Origin: Ignicoccus hospitalis KIN4/I
Lineage (GTDB): Archaea > Thermoproteota > Thermoprotei_A > Sulfolobales > Ignicoccaceae
NCBI RefSeq assembly: GCF_000017945.1
Contig: NC_009776.1
Location: 960,001-992,000, forward strand
Reading direction: 5' to 3'
DNA length: 32,000 nt
In this document: one piece after another, positions 25,915-32,000 of the stretch
Layout: the number at the start of each line of letters is the position of its first letter
Numbering within the stretch: the first letter of the stretch is position 1
The notes under the pieces: model-generated
What the model was told of the DNA's origin: nothing
Databases searched by the model: none
Seen by the model: only the letters and a program-made list of their open reading frames with translations
Program-made: the position numbers and the translations under genes

Positions 25915-26229
25915 ATGACCCTACCCAAGGACGAAGAGAGCATGATGAAGATCCAAGAAGAGATAGAGATGGAACACGCTCACGAGCACCACCACCATCA
26001 CCATCATCACCACCACGACATAAACGAGGTCTTGGTCTACATATTGGAGACTTTGGAGGACTTGAAAGAGAGGGTTAAGAGGTGCGAACAGAACGTGGAC
26101 TCCTTACAGAACGACGTTAGGACCCTATACAAGACCGCAGTGTTCACCTTGAGGGCTATAATGAGCGAGGGGGACGAGCGGAAGGAAGCCTTGGAGGACG
26201 CGTTGAAAGCCTTGGAGAAGAAGATATGA
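25915..26229 (+). CDS. Small histidine-rich protein with a 10-His run and helical C-terminal region (104 aa)
   Basis: Strong Shine-Dalgarno (GGAAGGAGGAGG) before ATG 25915; MTLPKDEESMMKIQEEIEMEHAHEHHHHHHHHHHDINEVLVYILETLEDLKERVKRCEQNVDSLQNDVRTLYKTAV... Confidence 0.75.
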   Translation: MTLPKDEESMMKIQEEIEMEHAHEHHHHHHHHHHDINEVLVYILETLEDLKERVKRCEQNVDSLQNDVRTLYKTAVFTLRAIMSEGDERKEALEDALKALEKKI

Positions 26230-26269
26230 GTCGGACTGCCACCGTACAGCTCACCGCTCGCTGAGGGGG

Positions 26270-26848
26270 CTATTTCTTCATCCCCTCCTCGCTCCTCTTG
26301 ACCTCCTCTTTGGCCTTTTCGCTCGCTATCTTGCTGTGCCCTTCCGGGTCCCTTATTATTATAGTGAACTTCCTCTTCCCTTCTAACATCTCCTTAAGAA
26401 CTTCTAACCTCTTCTCGCACTCGGCCTTCTCCTTCTCGTCGTGGGCGTCCTTGCACAAGTACTCTATTATGTCCTTGAACCTCTGCAACACGCCCTCCAC
26501 GGTGGTCAAGAAGCCTTGGGACGCCGGCCCCGGGGTGAGCTCCGCTTGGAGCTCCGGTATCTCCAAGCTCGCGGTTGAGGAGCGGAGGACCAAAGTGTTT
26601 AGGTCCTTCTCGTCCTCCACTTTGAACTCTATTTTCTGGTCGCCCTTGGACTCCCAAGTTCTTATGTCTACGAACTTGTACCCGCACTCCGAGCACTTGC
26701 CCACCACCATTATTACTGGGCCTATCATCGGCATGTCGTAAGAGTATATGCTCACCTTCATGCTCTCCTTGCCGCACACCGGGCACTTGACCACTTCCTC
26801 CCTCAACAGCTTCACGCTAGCGCCCTCGGGGAGCTCCAACCCGTCCAA
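26270..26848 (-). CDS. ZPR1-type zinc-finger protein
   Basis: CPVCGKESMKVSIYSYDMPMIGPVIMVVGKCSECGYKFVDI; STASLEIPELQAELTPGPASQGFLTTVEGVLQRF. Confidence 0.88.
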   Translation of the reverse strand: MDGLELPEGASVKLLREEVVKCPVCGKESMKVSIYSYDMPMIGPVIMVVGKCSECGYKFVDIRTWESKGDQKIEFKVEDEKDLNTLVLRSSTASLEIPELQAELTPGPASQGFLTTVEGVLQRFKDIIEYLCKDAHDEKEKAECEKRLEVLKEMLEGKRKFTIIIRDPEGHSKIASEKAKEEVKRSEEGMKK

Positions 26849-26934
26849 CCCCAGCCGGGCGACCCATGGGAGGTATTGAGTGGAGGGCGGTGCCCTTATT
26901 TTTCGCTCCCGCTTGGGGCCCTCGGGGAGGAAGA

Positions 26935-27210
26935 GTGAAGGTCCCCAAGGAGATAGTTAGGTACTGTCCGCGCTGTAAGACCCACACGCCCCACGCGGTG
27001 AGCTTGTACAAGCACGGCAAGAGGAGGGCGCTGGCCCAAGGAGAGAGGAGGTACAGGAGGAAGCAAGAGGGTTACGGCTCCCAGAGGAAGCCGGAGCAGA
27101 AGAGGTTCGCCAAGGTCACCAAGAACCAAGTGGTAAAGCTGAGGTGCAAGAACTGCGGCTACACGCTGATGTACAACTTCGGGAGGCTCAAGAAGCTGGA
27201 GCTCGTCTGA
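26935..27210 (+). CDS. rpl44e: Large-subunit ribosomal protein L44e
   Basis: Start trimmed to GTG 26935: MKVPKEIVRYCPRCKTHTPHAVSLYKHGKRRALAQGERRYRRKQEGYGSQRKP...AKVTKNQVVKLRCKNCGYTLMYNFGRLKKLEL. Confidence 0.97.
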   Translation: MKVPKEIVRYCPRCKTHTPHAVSLYKHGKRRALAQGERRYRRKQEGYGSQRKPEQKRFAKVTKNQVVKLRCKNCGYTLMYNFGRLKKLELV

Positions 27211-28180
27211 GCGGGCACAGCGGGTCCCCCTCGAACCCTGCCCCGGAGGCCAGCGCCCTCGCGAAGCACCCTCCCATGCAGTTCTTGTAGTAGGGGCACT
27301 CGCACCCTCCGGGAGGGGGCGAGGAGACCCTCCTCACCAACGGGTGCCTCAAGTACTCTTCCCACACCTCTTCCAACGGCCTCCCCTTGACGTCGTTTAT
27401 CTTGAAGTCTAACACGTCGCAGAGCATGGTCCACCCGTCGGGGCCTATGTCCATGCCCGACGCCTTCCTACAGTTCCCCGCGCTCACCCTCTTGCTCTTA
27501 ACTACGTACTTCGCCCAAGGCGCGCACCACACGCTCCCCCTCATCTCGTTTTCTTCCAACGCTTCCTCAAACAACTTCAACGCGGCTACGAACTCGTCGC
27601 GACCCACGTATACTCCGTTCTTGAGGGCGTTCCCGAAGGGCATTATGGGAATTATGGCTACGTGCGAAGCCCCCAGAGCCCTCGCCGTCCTCACGAACTC
27701 GCCCACCTTGGAGTAGTTGTGTTTCCCCACCGCCATGACGAGCGCGAACTCGGCCCCGGCCTCCCTCAAGTTGTTTATCCCCCTCAAGGTGGCCTCCCAA
27801 GTGCCCTTGCCCCTCAAGAACTCGTGGGACTCCTTGTCGCCGTCCAAGGAGACGTAAGCGAAGATCCCGTTCTCGGCCATGTACCGGGCCCTCTCCTTGG
27901 TTACGAACATCCCGTTGGTCACTAAGCTGACGTCCGCCCCCCTCTGGGACAAGTCCGCTAGGACTTCGAGGACCCAAGGCTTGAAGAAGAGCAGCTCCCC
28001 TCCGCTGAAGTTAGTCCACTCCAGCCCCAAGTCCAACGCCTCCCTCATTACCCTCTCGACCTCCTCCCTCCCCACTTCCGGCCCCCACTTGGAGGGGTCT
28101 AGGAACCTCTTGGCGTAGCAGTGCTTGCAGTCCAAGTTGCACTTCCCGGTCAAGATCCATATTATGCTCCTCAGCTTCAT
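27188..28180 (-). CDS. Radical SAM/SPASM domain protein
   Basis: WILTGKCNLDCKHCYA (CX3CX2C); NFSGGELLFF; SLDGDKESHEFLRG; C-terminal GNCRKASGMDIGPDGWTMLCD and CECPYYKNCMGGCFA. Confidence 0.9.
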   Translation of the reverse strand: MKLRSIIWILTGKCNLDCKHCYAKRFLDPSKWGPEVGREEVERVMREALDLGLEWTNFSGGELLFFKPWVLEVLADLSQRGADVSLVTNGMFVTKERARYMAENGIFAYVSLDGDKESHEFLRGKGTWEATLRGINNLREAGAEFALVMAVGKHNYSKVGEFVRTARALGASHVAIIPIMPFGNALKNGVYVGRDEFVAALKLFEEALEENEMRGSVWCAPWAKYVVKSKRVSAGNCRKASGMDIGPDGWTMLCDVLDFKINDVKGRPLEEVWEEYLRHPLVRRVSSPPPGGCECPYYKNCMGGCFARALASGAGFEGDPLCPLRRAPAS

Positions 28181-28277
28181 TTCCGCTCCTTGTGACGGCG
28201 TCCGGAGGAGGATTAATGAAGCGGGGACAACACGCTTCTAACCTTCCCCCGGCGCCGCGCAGCCCGGGTCCGAGATT

Positions 28278-29612
28278 TTGGAATACGACGCCGTCGTAGT
28301 GGGCGCGGGGACCACCGGGCTGGTGGCCGCCAAGTTCCTAGCCGAGGCCGGCTACAAGGTCCTAGTGGTGGAGCTCAAGGCCGAGGAGGAGGTGGGCACC
28401 AAGGTCTGCGGGGACGCGATAAGCAAGGAGTACTTCGAGAAGATTCCCATAGGCAACCCCCCGGAGGAGGCGGTGGACGGGAACATAGTGGGGGCCAAGA
28501 TATACTCCCCGGACGAGGAGACCGTGTGGACCGTCCCCGGAGAGGGCTACATGCTCAACAGGAAGAAGTTCGGAGAGTGGTTGTATAACATGGCTAAGGA
28601 GGCGGGCGCGGAGTTCTCCTTCAAGACCCGCGCTCTAGGCCCCGTGGTGAAGGACAACAAAGTCGTCGGCTTGACCGTTCGCAAGGACGGCAAGGTGGAG
28701 ACTGTGAGGGCGAGGCTCGTGGTGGACGCCAGCGGGGTCGCCTACGTAGTGAGGAGGGCCTTACCGAAGAGCTGGCCCGTGGCCGAGCCCTTGGACCCCA
28801 AGGACACCGCCGTGGCTTACAGAGAGATAAGGAGGATAACGACCCCCTTAGAGGACGACAAGTACATAAGGATATACGTCGGCCAGCAGAAGGCCCCGGG
28901 AGGCTACTGGTGGCTCTTCCCCTACCGCGGGGGAGCTAGGGTCAACTTGGGCCTAGGGGTACAAGGCGGGGTGGGCCACAAGGACCCCATGTGGTACTTC
29001 CACGAGTACTTGGCCCCCAGGTTCCCCGGCGAGGTGGAGCACGCCGGCGGAGGCGTTGTGCCCACGAGGAGGCCCTTGGACACCATGGTCGCCCACGGCT
29101 TCGCGACGGCCGGCGACGCGGCGTACCAAGTGAACCCCATCCACGGCGGCGGCATAGGCTCCGGCATGCTGGGGGCCTACTTGCTGGCCAAGACCGCAGT
29201 GAAGGCCCTTGAGGAGGAGCCCACAGTCGAGAACTTGTGGAAGTACAACAAGGACTTCATGGACGCTTACGGCGCGAAGCAAGCTGCCTTGGACGTCTTC
29301 CGCGTCTTCCTCCAGTCCTTGACTGACGACGAGATAAACTACGGGATGAAAAACAGAATAATAAAGGAGGAGGACTTGCTCAAGGCCTCCCTGGAGGGGG
29401 ACTTGAGGGTCTCCGCGCTGGACAAGCTGGGCAGGGTGATAAGGGCCCTCGGGAAGCCTTCCTTGCTCCCCAAGCTCAAGACCGTGGCGGAGTACATGAA
29501 GGAGGTCAAGCAGCTCTACAAGGACTACCCGGAGACCCCGGAGGGCTTCGAGGAGTGGAGGGAAAGGGTCTCGGAGACCTTCGAGCGCTATAGGAAGGAG
29601 CTGAGCAAGTAG
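28278..29612 (+). CDS. Geranylgeranyl reductase family protein (archaeal lipid saturation)
   Basis: YDAVVVGAGTTGLVAAKFLAEAGYKVLVVELK; KVCGDAISKEYF; GYWWLFPYRGGARVNLGLGVQGG; FATAGDAAYQVNPIHGGGIGSGMLGA. Confidence 0.92.
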   Translation: MEYDAVVVGAGTTGLVAAKFLAEAGYKVLVVELKAEEEVGTKVCGDAISKEYFEKIPIGNPPEEAVDGNIVGAKIYSPDEETVWTVPGEGYMLNRKKFGEWLYNMAKEAGAEFSFKTRALGPVVKDNKVVGLTVRKDGKVETVRARLVVDASGVAYVVRRALPKSWPVAEPLDPKDTAVAYREIRRITTPLEDDKYIRIYVGQQKAPGGYWWLFPYRGGARVNLGLGVQGGVGHKDPMWYFHEYLAPRFPGEVEHAGGGVVPTRRPLDTMVAHGFATAGDAAYQVNPIHGGGIGSGMLGAYLLAKTAVKALEEEPTVENLWKYNKDFMDAYGAKQAALDVFRVFLQSLTDDEINYGMKNRIIKEEDLLKASLEGDLRVSALDKLGRVIRALGKPSLLPKLKTVAEYMKEVKQLYKDYPETPEGFEEWRERVSETFERYRKELSK

Positions 29613-30526
29613 CGCGCCAACTCCTTGGCCCCCTCCGGGTAGGAGGGCTTGAGCACGCCCTTAGCCCTCTCGACCGCCTCCCTCAACCCTTTCAAGTCAC
29701 TCAAAACGGCCCCTATCTTCCTAGCGTAGGGGACCGCGTTCTCCGGCGATGCCCCCCTCTTCAAGTGAGGGTTGATGACTAATACCGTGGGCTTCCCGTA
29801 GGCGAGCGCAGCCACGGCGGCCGTGGAGCCCGGGAACGTGGTCACCACCGCCGAGGCCCCCGCGAGCCACTTGTGGAACTCGAAGGAGAAGGAGAAGGCC
29901 TCCCTAACCTTCCCCTCGTACTTCTCCGGCGGCACCTTGCCGGTCTGGAGGACCGCCCGCTCCCCGAAGGCTTGGGCAGCAGCGTCGAAGAGCTCCTCGT
30001 AACCCAAGCTGCCGGCCGTCACTAAGACGTAGCCGCCGTCGTAGGGGTCGTAAAGCCTCGGCTCGTGGACGGGGCCGAACACCTTGGACCTCTTCGGGTA
30101 CGCGGCTTTCTGCTCCTCCCAGTGCAAGGCGTTCAAGTCCGAGAACGCGGAGGCGAGCTTGGCGGCTCTGGTGGGCTTGACTACGGCGTCTATAACTTCT
30201 ACGTTGACCACCTTGGCCCCCTTGAGCTTCTGCGTTATGCCGGGGACCAGGGCGAAGTTGCTCCCGTTTAAGATTACTACGTCATACTTCTTTATCTTTA
30301 ATGAGTCTATCAAGGCCTTGAGGAGCCTCCTCAAAGAGGGGCGGGCCTCGCCCACCGGCACCGGCTGTTCGGTCGAGATGACCTCTTCCGCCACCCCCCG
30401 GAACCTCCCCTCCGTCCCCTTGACCGTTAGGACGTCCGGAGGGGAGCCGAGCTCCTTGAGCCAGTAAGCTATCGCGAACGCTTGGCCCGCGTGCCCCCCG
30501 AAGCCCCCCACCACGAGGGCCTTCAA
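29588..30526 (-). CDS. Alg14/Alg13-like (MurG/GT28-type) glycosyltransferase in one polypeptide
   Basis: N-terminal MKALVVGGFGGHAGQAFAIAYWLKELG; C-terminal FHKWLAGASAVVTTFPGSTAAVAALAYGKPTVLVINP. Confidence 0.65.
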   Translation of the reverse strand: MKALVVGGFGGHAGQAFAIAYWLKELGSPPDVLTVKGTEGRFRGVAEEVISTEQPVPVGEARPSLRRLLKALIDSLKIKKYDVVILNGSNFALVPGITQKLKGAKVVNVEVIDAVVKPTRAAKLASAFSDLNALHWEEQKAAYPKRSKVFGPVHEPRLYDPYDGGYVLVTAGSLGYEELFDAAAQAFGERAVLQTGKVPPEKYEGKVREAFSFSFEFHKWLAGASAVVTTFPGSTAAVAALAYGKPTVLVINPHLKRGASPENAVPYARKIGAVLSDLKGLREAVERAKGVLKPSYPEGAKELARYLLSSFL

Positions 30527-30539
30527 AACCGAACACCCT

Positions 30540-32000
30540 TCACTCGTGGAGGTATATCAAGTTCAAGGTGTCCTCCTCCACCCCGTCCACCTTGGCGTAG
30601 CCCTTCCTAATCAGCTGTACCCAGCCCTCCAACTTGAGGGCTTCTGGCTCCACCAAGGCAAAGGACTTCCTCTCCCCGGGCCTCCAGACTATAGCCCCCT
30701 TGGGGTCCTTGACCCACTGGACTATGTCGTAGCCCTTCTCCTTGTCCAGTTCCTTGCTCTCGAACTCGAGTAAGTAGACGCCCTCGTCCTCGTCAAAGCC
30801 CTTGTACTTGAAGTTGGCCAACTCCATGAGCCTCAGCCCGCCTCTCCTCTTCGCCCTCCTCAAGTCGGCCCTCTCCAAGTAGACCACCTCCCCGGGCTCC
30901 ACCGAGTACTTCCTAGACCCCAAGCCCTCCGTCGGGTGCCACGGGAGCTCCGCCTCCAAGGGCTCTGGGGCCAGCAGCTTGGCCGGCGCGGGGTCCTCCA
31001 CTGCCATCACCCTGTAGGCCTTCTTGTCTATCACCTTCTTGTTCTCGGCTGCTAAATTTGCGAAGCTTATGCTCGCGTCGCTGCTCTTTATCCCGACGCT
31101 CAGCATGACTTCCCTTATCGCCTCCGGGGCGAAGCCCCTCCTCCTCAGCCCCCTTATGGTCGCTGCCCTGGGGTCGTCGCCCTTGAAGCCGGCCTCCCTC
31201 ATCTTGCTCTTGGAGAGCACGAAGCCCTCGAGCTTGAGCCTCCCGAAGTGTATTACCGTAGGCATGGTCCATCCCAAGTGTTTGTACAAGAACTCTTGCT
31301 TCACCGTGTTCTGCCTGTGCTCCCTGGCCCTGAGCACGTGAGTTATGCCCATTAGGTAATCGTCCACCCCCGCGGCGAAGTTGTAGGTGGGCCACAAGAC
31401 GTACTTGTCGCCCGTTAGCGGGTGGGGGTGTTTGGAGGTGTCTATTATCCTAAACGCCACCCAGTCCCTAACCGAGGGGTCCGGGTGCCTCAAGTCGGTC
31501 TTGACCCTTACCACCGCTTCGCCCTCGCCGAACTTGCCCTCTAGCACTTGGTCGAGCAGCTCCTCTTGCTCCTCCGGAGGCAAGTCTCTGTGGGGGCAAG
31601 GCTTGCCCTCGTCCCTGAGCTTCCTCCACTCCTCCGGGGGGCAAGTGCAGACGTAAGCCCCTCCCCTCCTCACGAGCTCCCTCAAGAGCCCGTAGTAAAC
31701 CTCCATCCTCTGGGACTGGTAGTACTCCTCGTCCCACCCTATCCCCAACCAGCTCAAGTCCTCCTTTATGGCCTCGTAGGCCTCCGGCAAGGGCCTCTTG
31801 GTCCTCGGGTCCGTGTCCTCGAAGCGAAGGACGAACCTCCCCTCGTAGGCCTTGGCGTATTCGTAACTTATTATTGCGGGCCTCGCGTTCCCCAAGGTCA
31901 TGTAGAAGTCGGGGTTGGGGGCGAAGCGGGTCTTGACCTTGCCCCTCTCCGCGTTGGGGAGAGGGGGCAAGCCCTTCCTAGTCTCCTTCTTCCTCTCCTC
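30540..32000 (-). CDS. gltX: Glutamyl-tRNA synthetase, archaeal type (5' end beyond the window)
   Basis: VKTRFAPNPDFYMTLGNARPAIISYEYAKAYEGRFVLRFEDTDPRTKRP; SKSKM (KMSKS-like); frame open to the window end (EERKKETRKG upstream of the track Met). Confidence 0.94.
   Translation of the reverse strand, partial: EERKKETRKGLPPLPNAERGKVKTRFAPNPDFYMTLGNARPAIISYEYAKAYEGRFVLRFEDTDPRTKRPLPEAYEAIKEDLSWLGIGWDEEYYQSQRMEVYYGLLRELVRRGGAYVCTCPPEEWRKLRDEGKPCPHRDLPPEEQEELLDQVLEGKFGEGEAVVRVKTDLRHPDPSVRDWVAFRIIDTSKHPHPLTGDKYVLWPTYNFAAGVDDYLMGITHVLRAREHRQNTVKQEFLYKHLGWTMPTVIHFGRLKLEGFVLSKSKMREAGFKGDDPRAATIRGLRRRGFAPEAIREVMLSVGIKSSDASISFANLAAENKKVIDKKAYRVMAVEDPAPAKLLAPEPLEAELPWHPTEGLGSRKYSVEPGEVVYLERADLRRAKRRGGLRLMELANFKYKGFDEDEGVYLLEFESKELDKEKGYDIVQWVKDPKGAIVWRPGERKSFALVEPEALKLEGWVQLIRKGYAKVDGVEEDTLNLIYLHE

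Noticed and set aside
26226-26275. Possible fifth C/D sRNA at the His-rich/ZPR1 junction (ATGAGTC...CTGAG, or the reverse ATGAAGA...CCGA)
   Set aside because: The C box is incorrect on the plus strand, there is no D' box or terminal stem on either strand, and the reverse ATGAAGA simply encodes the ZPR1 C-terminal MKK.
1-32000. CRISPR array, transposon, integrated element, toxin-antitoxin or defence island
   Set aside because: By eye, no regularly spaced repeats, terminal inverted repeats, transposase/integrase motifs or paired toxin genes. Gene content is mostly core metabolism and information processing. A repeat finder would be needed to exclude short or degenerate repeats.
1-32000. tRNA or rRNA genes
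   Set aside because: No intergenic gap shows a GTTCRANNC T-loop with an acceptor stem; most gaps are under 100 bp. tRNAscan-SE would confirm, including for intron-containing tRNAs.

Overview
This looks like a compact, ordinary housekeeping segment of a hyperthermophilic, probably crenarchaeal, chromosome. The genes, TTG/GTG starts, AGG/AGA-rich arginine codons and TATA-type promoters fit that. An Ignicoccus-like source is only my inference. Identified genes include: 2-oxoacid:ferredoxin oxidoreductase alpha and beta (partial), deoC, A-type ATP synthase E and F, a GT39/PMT-like glycosyltransferase, a VTT/DedA membrane protein, an ABC exporter pair, an MqnE-type radical SAM enzyme, leuC, top6B, glyA, endonuclease IV, rpl35ae, a CBS protein, an AEC permease, a Cas4-like nuclease, ilvB plus an ACT protein, HIT, trpB2, a formate dehydrogenase-like molybdopterin protein, a Cys/Met PLP enzyme, MTAP, ZPR1, rpl44e, a SPASM radical SAM protein, geranylgeranyl reductase, an Alg13/14-like glycosyltransferase and gltX (partial). 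I found no CRISPR array, mobile element, rRNA or tRNA. The strongest unannotated signal is a set of four candidate C/D-box guide sRNAs (2499-2557, 9071-9129, 11307-11366, 15593-15652). They fill gaps between genes almost exactly. Two of them embed the stop codon of the upstream gene in their C box, and one shows K-turn pair covariation (AUGAGGA/CCGA outer, GUGAUGG/CUGA inner). Other items worth a look are an unlisted 44-aa poly-glutamate ORF (25 Glu) whose stop overlaps the glycosyltransferase start, a small protein with a 10-His run, a Cas4-like nuclease with no CRISPR locus in the window, and a compact formate-dehydrogenase-like catalytic gene coupled to trpB2.
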